Of a stretch of 64,000 nucleotides of DNA, positions 8,658 to 17,488 are shown in pieces. This DNA comes from Actinomycetes bacterium (GTDB lineage: Bacteria; Actinomycetota; Thermoleophilia; BMS3ABIN01). A program made the position numbers and the translations under genes. Location of the stretch: contig JAJYOG010000001.1 of NCBI GenBank assembly GCA_021785935.1, forward strand, positions 128,743 to 192,742, in the 5' to 3' direction. The notes under the pieces are model-generated. The model was not told the DNA's origin. It saw nothing but the letters and a program-made list of their open reading frames with translations, and did not search any database. Positions within the stretch are counted from its first letter, which is position 1, and every line of letters starts with the position of its first letter.

Positions 8658-9319
8658 GCCAAATCCGCAGCGCATCTGGCGTTCCAGGGATACAAAGACC
8701 CTCGAGTCTTCGAACCCGAGTTCCTTTAGGCGGACAAGCGCAAAACGGAACATTACCGGCGGACCACACATCAGCACCGATGTGCCTTCCGGCTTGAGGC
8801 TGATTTCATCAAAAAGAGAGGTGATGAGACCGGTGTTCCCGCTCCAGCCCGGCGGCGCCTCATCGACAATGGTTTCGACCCCGCCCTGCCAGCTCCAGGT
8901 TTCATATTCATCAGTGAATAAAAGCAGCTCCGGATTTCTGGCTCCGTGGAGTATAGTCAGCTCGCCGAATTCATCGTTGAGGCAGACGGCGCAATCTATC
9001 GCACTTTTCAGGGGAGCCAGCCCGATGCCCCCGGCGACAAAGACAGGTTCTGCCCAGCCATGTCGGTCAGGGGGAAGCCCTGGCCGTATGGCCCGCGCAC
9101 CCAGACGGAAGCTCCCGGCAGCAAACGCTGCATGGCGCTGGTGAGGTTGCCGGCATCGCGCACGCAAAGCTCAAAACTGCCTTTTTGCGTTGGCGTCGAG
9201 CAGATTGATATGGGCGCCTCCCCGATACCGAGTAACGACACCTGCATGAATTGGCCGCTGCAAAAAGAAAATTCATCCCGAATTTGCGGTTTTTTAACCG
9301 GCTGTATTTCGTTATTCAA
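8658..9319 (-). pseudogene. hydrogenase gamma subunit (FAD/NAD-binding reductase) remnant with a 1-nt frameshift, C-terminus lost
   Basis: SGQFMQVSLLGIGEAPISICS...VWVRGPYGQGFPL in one frame continues as VFVAGGIGLAPLKSAI...LMCGPPVMF...ERQMRCGFG in another. The shift is near 9043-9047 (ctgtc where ctggtc is expected). The 2Fe-2S tail is missing. Confidence 0.65.
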
Positions 9320-9355
9320 GGCTGGCTGCCTCCCGGCCTTTTTTTTGTCGGAGAG

Positions 9356-9810
9356 CTACAGCACCTCGTCAATTACATGGCGCGGGTTGATATCGACGGG
9401 GCAGAAATGGAAACAGGCGCCGCAGCCCGTACAGCCGGGCTGTCCAAAGGTATCCTGTGTGCGCATGAATTTGTGTGAAAATCGATTCCCGAATGTGAGC
9501 TTGCGTCCTGCCTTGCTGCCCGCGAACAGGCGAGGGGTTTCTTCATCCAGATCGAGAAAGAGGTCAAAATTCCCGCGATCACAGTGTAGTCGGCAGTCAG
9601 CTCCAGCAGCCAACTCTTTAGATCCGGGTTCTCCTCCCAGTCCGAAGCAGGAGCTTCACCGGCATCGCTTTTTTCACTGCTGTTGGCGGCCATCATCACT
9701 CCGTTATTGGATAAAAACGTTTGCGGCAAATGCCGCTGAACGCATATTCCCACAATCGCCGGCAGGAAAACGGCGGATCTTGGGAAATACTTGAATGACA
9801 GGAAGGCCAC
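9356..9810 (-). pseudogene. hydrogenase beta (Fe-S) subunit remnant, 5' part deleted
   Basis: C-terminal CTGCGACFHFCPVDI ferredoxin-type CxxCxxCxxxCP motif. Only 85-145 codons are left, split over two frames. It sits first in a beta-gamma-delta-alpha order. Confidence 0.5.
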
Positions 9811-9819
9811 AATACGGAG

Positions 9820-10023
9820 GTGCAGATGAAAGTCGATGAAGCCAAGCGTGACCGCGCCACGATCATGGCCGCGGTGCAGATTATATTCGGCATCATCATC
9901 TTTACGAGTGCTTGGTGGCTATCCGCGGAACAGGCCAAGGGGACGGCGCTCTACATCTTCGGTTTTATCACAGTGCTTCTGGGGATAGGAACCGGTATAT
10001 TCCTTTCTGCCCGGCGAGCCTAA
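9820..10023 (+). CDS. small two-helix membrane protein, unknown function
   Basis: ATG preceded by GGAGGTG. 67 aa with two hydrophobic helices. Followed by a terminator hairpin. Confidence 0.45.
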   Translation: MQMKVDEAKRDRATIMAAVQIIFGIIIFTSAWWLSAEQAKGTALYIFGFITVLLGIGTGIFLSARRA

Positions 10024-10028
10024 GCTAC

Positions 10029-10060
10029 AAAAAAACACCGTTCCTGGGAACGGTGTTTTC
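10029..10060. terminator. bidirectional intrinsic terminator
   Basis: A7 run, then a 9-10 bp stem acaccgttcc/ggaacggtgt, then a T4 run. Lies between the convergent genes 9820-10023 (+) and 10242-11069 (-). Confidence 0.55.
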
Positions 10061-10241
10061 AACCTACCTGCTGGAGCAAACAGCTAACTGAGGCTCCAGG
10101 CTCTAAATCACATTGCATAGCGCCTCCTTCTCGGACTCAACCTCCTCTAATTTAAATCTACCCGTTTCCCCCGGGTTGAATCGTCTGGCCGTCGTCGTTG
10201 GGCCGCGGGCATCGAACACCCGGATCTGATCAGGCCGGCGT

Positions 10242-11069
10242 TCAATTCGCATAACAGTAAACGCAGGCCTCGCCGGGGCAGCGTTGCGTATAGCTGCCGA
10301 TGTCAACACTTTTTGTGCAGGCGCATTCAGTCCGCTGCGTGGCATCTTTGGCTGCAGGGGCCGCAGCGCCATCCCCTCGGAGACGATCAAGCCGGGCCGC
10401 ATCGACACAGCGACCACGGCCGACCCCGGCAACCGCCGTCCAGCGTTCACAAGCGCAGCTGCATAGCTCAAAACCGAGGCAATCGGCCGTCTTCGAGAGC
10501 GCGGCCACAGCCTCCATTTTTTCTTCAGCTGACAGATCCACAAAAGGGAGCCCGGCCCTTAACGAGCGGCGCCGGCTTTTTTGGTACCACTGTGTAAAGG
10601 AAAAGCTACATGTTTTCACGCCGGTTTCTGCGATTACCGTTGCAATCTCCTCGAACTGGCTCAGGTTCGATTGGGCAACACCACCATCTATCCAGTGCAC
10701 GATGGGATCAAAACGCCAGTTAACCCGGGCTGCCCCAAATGCCTTTGCCAGGCTCCGCATCTGGTTCGCAGCCTGTTCCCAGGCCGGTATCTCCCTTTCC
10801 CAAGGCGAGCCGCCGAGACCGGTGACAGTAAAGTGAAAGAAGGGGTTCAGTTGGCTTAATTGCCTGGAAAGCACCCTATTTTCTATCAGATGGCCATAAT
10901 CTTTCGACCAAAGAACGATCGAATGCACATCATCGGGCCGCAAGGAAACCTGGTGAAGGCCGCCCCTGGGAGAGCGGTACTCAACTGCTCCAGTGGCAAG
11001 GCATTCACTGAGCCAATCCGGGTAACAGCGGGGGATGTCAGTCCTTCGTGAGCAGCTGATAACGTTCAT
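10242..11069 (-). CDS. DUF1848-family protein (Cys-rich C-terminus)
   Basis: N-terminal ISCSRRTDIPRCYPDWL and a C-terminal cysteine cluster (CSCACERW...CACTKS...CPGEACVYCYAN), typical of DUF1848. Confidence 0.7.
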   Translation of the reverse strand: MNVISCSRRTDIPRCYPDWLSECLATGAVEYRSPRGGLHQVSLRPDDVHSIVLWSKDYGHLIENRVLSRQLSQLNPFFHFTVTGLGGSPWEREIPAWEQAANQMRSLAKAFGAARVNWRFDPIVHWIDGGVAQSNLSQFEEIATVIAETGVKTCSFSFTQWYQKSRRRSLRAGLPFVDLSAEEKMEAVAALSKTADCLGFELCSCACERWTAVAGVGRGRCVDAARLDRLRGDGAAAPAAKDATQRTECACTKSVDIGSYTQRCPGEACVYCYAN

Positions 11070-11094
11070 TACCCTATTTTACCTGAAGGAATTC

Positions 11095-11144
11095 TTGACA
11101 CTATCCAAAATGGCGTGGGATAATACCCGATACCCACAGGGGTA
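11095..11144 (+). promoter_or_regulatory. candidate sigma70-type promoter plus CsoR-type operator
   Basis: TTGACA (11095-11100), 18-bp spacer, GATAAT (11119-11124). Pseudo-palindrome TACCC-ACAG-GGGTA at 11131-11144, preceded by the direct ATACCC repeat. Confidence 0.4.
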
Positions 11145-11213
11145 CATAACCCTGTAGCCCCCCTGTTTCAGCCAGAGTCGACCGGCGGACCGGTTCCGCT
11201 CCCACAAGGCAAG

Positions 11214-11504
11214 GTGATCGCTGCGGTTGCGAAGACAGACATAGAAAGGGTATTAAACAGACTACGTCGTATTGAGGGGCAGGTCCGCGGGCTTCAGCGC
11301 ATGATTTCCGAGGACAAGCGGTGTGAGGATGTCCTGACGCAGCTGGCGGCGACCCGGGCGGCTCTCGATCGCGTCGGTGTCTATTTGATCAGCCACCGCA
11401 TGAAAGAATGTCTCAAGCATAGCTCGGAGGAGATGGGCCTCGACGACGTGGCGGTGGAAGAAGCTTTCGAAATTTTCATGAAGTACATCCAGCACGTGAA
11501 ATAA
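11214..11504 (+). CDS. CsoR/RcnR-family (DUF156) metal-sensing transcriptional repressor
   Basis: LNRLRRIEGQVRGLQRMI, then ligand positions in KRCEDV and ISHRMKEC. GTG start. Confidence 0.8.
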   Translation: MIAAVAKTDIERVLNRLRRIEGQVRGLQRMISEDKRCEDVLTQLAATRAALDRVGVYLISHRMKECLKHSSEEMGLDDVAVEEAFEIFMKYIQHVK

Positions 11505-11633
11505 TCTAAGGCTGCTTCCGTCTGGCCCCTGTGTTATGATTTCTTGCAGATTCAGCCGCTTCCTTGAACTTTCGGGAGCCGGAGACTGAACATGCTCCGT
11601 ATTTCATGATCTCATTTAAGGTGGCAATCCCCG

Positions 11634-13637
11634 ATGCCTCGTCGGCGTAAGCAAATCCGGCGCAAGAGAAAGCGCCGCTCCTATCTGCTCATTGGCACAG
11701 GATTTTTCATCCTCAGTGTTTTATTCGCCCTCCTCATAGGCATACAGACTGTTTTAGCCCTGGTTCACGACCTGCCCAAACTGGATGAGGAAAACTTTCT
11801 AACCCTCGGCCAGACTTCCCGGATCTACGCCGCCGACGGATCTCTGCTGGCGGAGATTTATGGAACCGAAAACCGTACGGTGGTCCCCCTGAACTCCATC
11901 CCCGAATATCTGAAGAATGGAACCATCGCTATTGAAGACGAGCGCTTCTATGAGCACGGCGGTGTTGATTATGAAGCCATCGGCCGGGCGGCGGTCACCG
12001 ATGTTACCCAGGGAAAGCTGGCTGAGGGCGGAAGCACTATAACGCAGCAGCTGGTTAAAAAAGTTTATGTGTCCGACGAGCGCAGTTTTACTCGCAAAAT
12101 CGTTGAAGCGGTGCTGGCCACACAGCTGGAACGCATCGCTAACAAAGACACGATCCTCGAGCGTTATCTGAACACAATCTATTACGGTGAAAATGCTTAC
12201 GGGGTCGAGGCGGCGGCGCAGACGTATTTCGGCAAGAGTGTCACCCAGCTGGACCTGTCTGAGTGCGCCCTGCTTGCGGGCTTGCCACAGGCGCCATCAG
12301 CCTTCTCTCCCAAGACGGATCTGACTGCCGCGATCGAACGGCGCAATACAGTGCTGCAGAAGATGGCGGACCTAGGCTATATCAAGCAGACGGAGGCCCA
12401 TTACGCCGCCACGGAGCCAATCACCCTGCGCCAGACAGCGGGCGCCGTCAACGAACCATATTTTGTGGAATACGTTAAACAGCAGCTGATCGACAAATAC
12501 GGCGCCAAGAAAGTTTTTGAAGGCGGCTTGACGGTTCACACGACAATCGAGCCAAAATTGCAGGCTGCCGGGCTGGAGTCCATCAAGAACACTTTGAATG
12601 AAGACGGAGATCCGGCGGCGGCGCTCGTCTCCATCGATCCCTCGAATGGCTACATCAAGGCTATGGTAAGCAGCCAGGATTTCACCAGCTCCCAGTTCAA
12701 TCTGGCGGTGCAGGCAAAGCGCCAGCCGGGCTCATGTTTCAAGCCGTTCGTACTGACGGCGGCCGTCGAGCAGGGAGTAAATCCCCAAAAAACCTTCTAC
12801 ATGTCCAAGGAAATCGACATACCGATGCTGGGCGGCGGGCCACCATGGCACGTAACCACATATGACCACAAATACTATGGAGCCACCAACCTTGAAACGG
12901 CGATGCTTCATTCCGACAACACTATTTATGCCCAGCTGGTAATGGACGTCGGTCCGGATAAAGCACGTGATGCCGCCGAGCGGCTGGGCATAAAAAGCCC
13001 GATGGCGACCAACCCGTCGATCGCGCTCGGCGGTCTGGGGCAGGGTGTGTCGCCGCTGGAGATGTCCTCGGCCTACGCGACCCTTTCAGCCAACGGCATG
13101 TACTCTGAGCCCATCGCTATCACAAAAGTCGAGATGCCGGACGGAACCGTGGACTATCAGGCTAACCCACAACCACGCAAGGTGGTCAAGGATGGTGTTG
13201 CTTTCGAAGTAACTAAAGTGCTTGAAGCCGATATCGAAAAAGGTACATCCTCCAAAGCCAACATTGGACGGCCGGCGGCGGGCAAGACGGGGTCGACCGA
13301 AAATCTGCAGGACGCCTGGTTTGTAGGTTACACTCCGGACCTTTCCACCTCGGTCTGGATCGGTTATCCCGATCAGCAGCTGCCGATGGATAACGTCCAC
13401 GGCGGACAGGTCTGGGGCGGTGGCCCCCCCGCCACCATCTGGAAAGATTTCATGTTAACGGCGCTCAAGGACACTCCAAAGAAGGATTTTGCGCAGCCGA
13501 AGGAGAAACCCGAGTTTAAGAAGCTGGTCGGCAAATTCGTTCTGTACTCAGGCGGAGACTCGCCTACTGCCCGGGATGACGCATATGGCAACTCCAGCAG
13601 GACCACAACTTCCCAGGGAGCAAACGCAAACGACTGA
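11634..13637 (+). CDS. bifunctional class A penicillin-binding protein (transglycosylase/transpeptidase)
   Basis: GT51 motif AIEDERFYEHGGVD. Transpeptidase motifs SCFKP (SxxK), HSDN (SxN) and KTGST (KTG). N-terminal basic tail plus a TM anchor. Confidence 0.9.
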   Translation: MPRRRKQIRRKRKRRSYLLIGTGFFILSVLFALLIGIQTVLALVHDLPKLDEENFLTLGQTSRIYAADGSLLAEIYGTENRTVVPLNSIPEYLKNGTIAIEDERFYEHGGVDYEAIGRAAVTDVTQGKLAEGGSTITQQLVKKVYVSDERSFTRKIVEAVLATQLERIANKDTILERYLNTIYYGENAYGVEAAAQTYFGKSVTQLDLSECALLAGLPQAPSAFSPKTDLTAAIERRNTVLQKMADLGYIKQTEAHYAATEPITLRQTAGAVNEPYFVEYVKQQLIDKYGAKKVFEGGLTVHTTIEPKLQAAGLESIKNTLNEDGDPAAALVSIDPSNGYIKAMVSSQDFTSSQFNLAVQAKRQPGSCFKPFVLTAAVEQGVNPQKTFYMSKEIDIPMLGGGPPWHVTTYDHKYYGATNLETAMLHSDNTIYAQLVMDVGPDKARDAAERLGIKSPMATNPSIALGGLGQGVSPLEMSSAYATLSANGMYSEPIAITKVEMPDGTVDYQANPQPRKVVKDGVAFEVTKVLEADIEKGTSSKANIGRPAAGKTGSTENLQDAWFVGYTPDLSTSVWIGYPDQQLPMDNVHGGQVWGGGPPATIWKDFMLTALKDTPKKDFAQPKEKPEFKKLVGKFVLYSGGDSPTARDDAYGNSSRTTTSQGANAND

Positions 13638-13735
13638 TGCTATCACCGGAAACGGGTGATCAAGTTGCCGCTGCGGGAGAGCATATTTCTTTTGATAATT
13701 CGTTCACCGCGTGGTACTATTGCAACAGGATTTTA

Positions 13736-13769
13736 GGGCCGCTGGTTTCAGCGCGCCTTTTTTTATTTT
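13736..13769 (+). terminator. intrinsic terminator after the PBP gene
   Basis: gggccgctg/cagcgcgcc stem (one bulge), gttt loop, then tttttttatttt. Confidence 0.55.
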
Positions 13770-13799
13770 CTGAACGCGGGATGAAAGCAGGGAATCAAT

Positions 13800-15365
13800 T
13801 TGGCCGGGTCGATCGCAAAAAAGCCGCTCTTGCTGGGATTTATACTGCTGTTGCTGGCGGTGGGCATCGCGGGCCTCCTGATAGTTCAGTTTAGCCTCAC
13901 GGGCTCCTCAGACACCGCGGACAACTCCGGAATCATCAGCGAGCAGGCGGGCGCAATCACAACCGGTGCGGCCGTTCCTCAAAACGCAGGAATTGTGCCA
14001 GGCGGAGGCGTGTCAGTGCCAGGCGATTCTTCTGGAGATTTCGACGTTTTCGACTCACCCTTCGCGACGGATTACACGATTTTCACCTACGATGCTTCGT
14101 CAAATAATTCGACGGCGCCTGGGGGCTCGGGAGACGCTACTCCGACGGACGCTCCCGGAATGATTTCAGGTGTGGTGTCGTCGAACGCGGCGAACGGCAG
14201 CGTTCCCATCAGCCGCATTACCGCTTTTTTAGCAACTGGCAATGGTGTCTTCACCGGCGCTTCGGCACGGACGGACGAAAACGGCCTATTTTACTTCTCC
14301 AACCTCTCCCCGGGAGAATACAGGATCTTCTTCTTTGACAATGCCGGCGCCTGGGATTCTTCCTGGTATGGAGCCACTGCCAACCAGCCGAAAGGCATAT
14401 CCCTTAACGTAACGCCTGGATACAGGGTTCATATCAACCAGGAATTGTCCCCGGTCGGGAGTAGCCTCTGCGCCATCGCCGGACATGTTACCAATGGCGC
14501 CGGGAAGGGCGAGGGCGGCGTCTCAGTGCTTGCGTATTATGTCGATGAGAGCGCCGGTGTGCAGCTCGTGTTGCGTGGGGAAGCACTGACCGACGACAAT
14601 GGCGATTATTTAATCACGGGACTGCAGCCGACCGTCGGAGGATCAGGAGGCTCTGGCGGCGCCGGAGAGAAGGGATACAAGGTCCAGTTCCTGCCGCCCG
14701 GCAATGAACATGCCGCCCAGTGGTATGAGAACCAGACAACGCACGAGACCGCCAAGCTGTTGAGTATTGCCGCGGGAGAAGTACTGCGGGATATCGATGC
14801 GAACCTTGGAGGGGGCGGCACGATCTCGGGAAAGGTCACGCTCGACGGCAATCAGCCGGCGGCATCGGTTATGGTTGACATCTTTGATGAATCAGGAGTA
14901 ATTGTTGACACGCAGATTGCTGACGAGAGCGGCCTCTTTGCAAGTGATTCGCTGCCGGCCGGCTCCTATCGCTTGCGTGCCACTTCCCGCTCATCATTGT
15001 TTGCGAGTGAGTGGTTCAATGACAAACCTGATTTTGCCTCAGCTGACCCGATCTATGTATTTTCCGGGAAGGATAGTAGCGGAATTGTTGTGAATCTGGA
15101 TAGAATCATGTCGGCGCCGACCTCCGCAAACATCGTGGTAACTGAGCCGGTAGTTCCTGAATCGCCGCCGGCCCTGGAGACATTACCACCGGTGCTGGCG
15201 CTGCCGCCAGAGACATCCTCCATACACGGATCCCCGAACCCATCAACGGAATCTCCTGCCTCTCAACCCGCAATCTCGTCAGCAGCATCAACCACCGCCA
15301 GGCCATCAATAACGTCAGAAGCATCGATAACGTTAGAAGCCTCAACCGCGGTCAAGCCAACATAA
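13800..15365 (+). CDS. signal-anchored surface protein with repeated carboxypeptidase-regulatory/Cna-B-like beta-sandwich modules and an S/T/P-rich tail
   Basis: TTG start and an N-terminal anchor LLLGFILLLLAVGIAGLLIV. Recurrent module signatures (GLFYFSNLSPGEYRIFF; GDYLITGLQP; GLFASDSLPAGSYRLRA). C-terminal PST-rich repeats. Confidence 0.6.
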   Translation: MAGSIAKKPLLLGFILLLLAVGIAGLLIVQFSLTGSSDTADNSGIISEQAGAITTGAAVPQNAGIVPGGGVSVPGDSSGDFDVFDSPFATDYTIFTYDASSNNSTAPGGSGDATPTDAPGMISGVVSSNAANGSVPISRITAFLATGNGVFTGASARTDENGLFYFSNLSPGEYRIFFFDNAGAWDSSWYGATANQPKGISLNVTPGYRVHINQELSPVGSSLCAIAGHVTNGAGKGEGGVSVLAYYVDESAGVQLVLRGEALTDDNGDYLITGLQPTVGGSGGSGGAGEKGYKVQFLPPGNEHAAQWYENQTTHETAKLLSIAAGEVLRDIDANLGGGGTISGKVTLDGNQPAASVMVDIFDESGVIVDTQIADESGLFASDSLPAGSYRLRATSRSSLFASEWFNDKPDFASADPIYVFSGKDSSGIVVNLDRIMSAPTSANIVVTEPVVPESPPALETLPPVLALPPETSSIHGSPNPSTESPASQPAISSAASTTARPSITSEASITLEASTAVKPT

Positions 15366-15421
15366 CGTCAACGATATCAACCGTGGTCAGGCCATCATAA
15401 CGTCAACGATATCAACTGTGG
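15289..15421. repeat. degenerate 35/36-bp tandem repeat spanning the 3' end and stop codon of the surface-protein gene
   Basis: Units caacc..g.ca.gcca.ca.taacgtca..ga.at at 15289, 15343, 15378 and a partial one at 15413. The units at 15343-15377 and 15378-15412 are nearly identical. Confidence 0.6.
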
Positions 15422-15717
15422 CGCCTGCCAGCCAGTAATAAAAACAGTTTTTCTGAGAGCGGCGCCAGGATCAGAAAGCGGCCGTCAAGCTCTACGGTGA
15501 TTGATTGCGGTACGCCTGAATCAAATACGTTCGCCAGATCGGCCGCAGTGGACAGGGCAGCCGCACCGTACGCCGCCAGTGCTTCCATCCTCATGCCCAG
15601 GCTTCCACGCGAAGCGACCAGCAAGCCATCCTGCGATACCAGAGCTGCCGCATCGACATCTTCGATCTCCAGATATGGAGCAATAATTTCATCCATGGCT
15701 TGGCGCGTGGGGTCCAT
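15412..15717 (-). CDS. roadblock/LC7 (MglB-like) domain protein
   Basis: 101 aa. DVDAAALVSQDGLLVAS...ALAAYGAAALSTAADL...ITVELDGRFLILAPL matches the roadblock/LC7 pattern. Starts 12 nt after the parB stop. Confidence 0.75.
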   Translation of the reverse strand: MDPTRQAMDEIIAPYLEIEDVDAAALVSQDGLLVASRGSLGMRMEALAAYGAAALSTAADLANVFDSGVPQSITVELDGRFLILAPLSEKLFLLLAGRRHS

Positions 15718-15729
15718 GAAACGATATAA

Positions 15730-16644
15730 CTATAAATTGTCCAGAACGTCAATGACTCTAGCCAGCTGTTCCTCATTTGCAAATTCCATCTCGACGCGGC
15801 CGCCGCGTGGCGACCAGCGCACCTTGACGGGAAGACGAAAGGCGGAATAAAGGGAGTCGGTCGTTTCATCCATGAGTTCCTGGCTAACGGGAACTACCGC
15901 AGCCGTGCGTTCAGGCTTGGTGGCAGAAACTTCTTTTTTCGCCAGCTCTTCGGTCTGACGCACTGACAAGCTTTTTTTAGCGATCTTTGCGGCAAGCTTG
16001 CGTTGCTTGAGCCGATCGGGAACGGACAGCAAGGCCCGCCCATGTCCCTCGGAAAGCGTTCCATTCTCCAGCAGTGCCTGGACTTCATCGGGCAGGTCAA
16101 GCAGCCTCAAGGTATTGGCGACCGCCGAACGGCTACGACCGAGCTTGCCAGCAAGCTCCTCCTGCGTGGCGCCAAAATCCTCTTGCAGGATGGCATACGC
16201 TCGAGCCGTGTCCATTGGATTCAGGTCCTCACGGCTGAGGTTTTCAATCAGCGCCAGTTCAAGTGATTCGGCGTCGCCCGCATCTCGGATTACAGCCGGG
16301 ATCTTCTCCAGTCCGGCCTGCACCGCCGCACGCCAGCGGCGTTCACCGGCGACGAGTTCGTAACGATCGCCTCGCCGCCGAACCACGACCGGCTGCACAA
16401 GCCCGACCGCTTTGATGGAATCGGAAAGTTCGGCGAGAGCCTCTTTTTCAAAGACCGTCCGGGGTTGTTTGGGGTTGCCCGAAATTTTACTAACGGGTAA
16501 AAGTTGGTATACAGAATCGGATTGTAGCGCAACCTCCGCCGTGTCGCCGGTTTTGTTTGGAGCAGCATTGCCGCCCTCACCGATTAAAGCGGAAAGGCCT
16601 CTGCCCAAACTTTTGTTACCCCTGGCATTCTTGTTGCTACTCAC
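15730..16644 (-). CDS. parB: chromosome partitioning protein ParB/Spo0J
   Basis: GRGLSALIG, VVRRRGDRYELVAGERRWRAA, IENLSREDLNP. GTG start at 16644 overlaps the parA stop (GTGAGTAG). Confidence 0.9.
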   Translation of the reverse strand: MSSNKNARGNKSLGRGLSALIGEGGNAAPNKTGDTAEVALQSDSVYQLLPVSKISGNPKQPRTVFEKEALAELSDSIKAVGLVQPVVVRRRGDRYELVAGERRWRAAVQAGLEKIPAVIRDAGDAESLELALIENLSREDLNPMDTARAYAILQEDFGATQEELAGKLGRSRSAVANTLRLLDLPDEVQALLENGTLSEGHGRALLSVPDRLKQRKLAAKIAKKSLSVRQTEELAKKEVSATKPERTAAVVPVSQELMDETTDSLYSAFRLPVKVRWSPRGGRVEMEFANEEQLARVIDVLDNL

Positions 16645-17449
16645 GCTCGACCACCTCCGTAGCCAGATCAAAGTATGCATCGGAACCTGCGCAAGTTGGG
16701 TCGTAGTGAGAGATAGGCATACCAAAACTCGGCGCTTCACTCAACCTAACATTACGGGGAATAACAGTTCTGTACGTTAGTTCCGGAAAATGAGAACGAA
16801 CCTCTTCCACGACCTGAGGCGAAAGACGAGTTCGCGGGTCGTACATGGTCATTAATAGACCGGCTACCTGAAGGCGGGGGTTTAGACCGGAACGGATGGT
16901 TTCAACAGTCTGCATCAACTGGCCGAGCCCTTCCAGAGCATAATATTCGCACTGGACCGGAACGATGACTTTGTCGGCGGCAACCAGGGCATTTAGCGTC
17001 AGGAGCCCGAGCGATGGGGGGCAATCTATAAATATATAGTCGAAATTGGCGGAAACTGACCTAAGCGCCTGATCCAGGATGAACTCACGACGGTCACGGC
17101 CGGGAAGTTCGACCGCGGTGCCGGCAAGGTCAGGTGTCGACGGGATGAGGTAGAGATTCTGAATGTTCGTCTGGATAATGGTTGATGAGGCAGTGATATC
17201 GCCACAAAAGAGCGAATATGACGTAGCGGTGTAGTCCTCGAGTAAACCGAGGCCGTGGGTAGCGTTACATTGGGGATCGATGTCAACAACGAGGACGGTG
17301 GCGCCAGCCTCGGCAAGGCACACAGCCGTGTTGACACAAGTGGTTGTCTTACCCACGCCGCCTTTTTGATTTGCCACAACGTAGGTTTTTCCCAAGACAA
17401 GCCCGCCTGATAATAAGAATGAATGACGCTGGAATTCTAACAGAAGCAC
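16637..17449 (-). CDS. parA: chromosome partitioning ATPase ParA/Soj
   Basis: Deviant Walker A VANQKGGVGKTT. GTG start at 17449; an alternative TTG at 17395 sits after AGGCGGG. Confidence 0.9.
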   Translation of the reverse strand: MLLLEFQRHSFLLSGGLVLGKTYVVANQKGGVGKTTTCVNTAVCLAEAGATVLVVDIDPQCNATHGLGLLEDYTATSYSLFCGDITASSTIIQTNIQNLYLIPSTPDLAGTAVELPGRDRREFILDQALRSVSANFDYIFIDCPPSLGLLTLNALVAADKVIVPVQCEYYALEGLGQLMQTVETIRSGLNPRLQVAGLLMTMYDPRTRLSPQVVEEVRSHFPELTYRTVIPRNVRLSEAPSFGMPISHYDPTCAGSDAYFDLATEVVERE

Positions 17450-17488
17450 CGGATGGAGGCCAGATGATAATCCTCCGAATCTTTAAAT

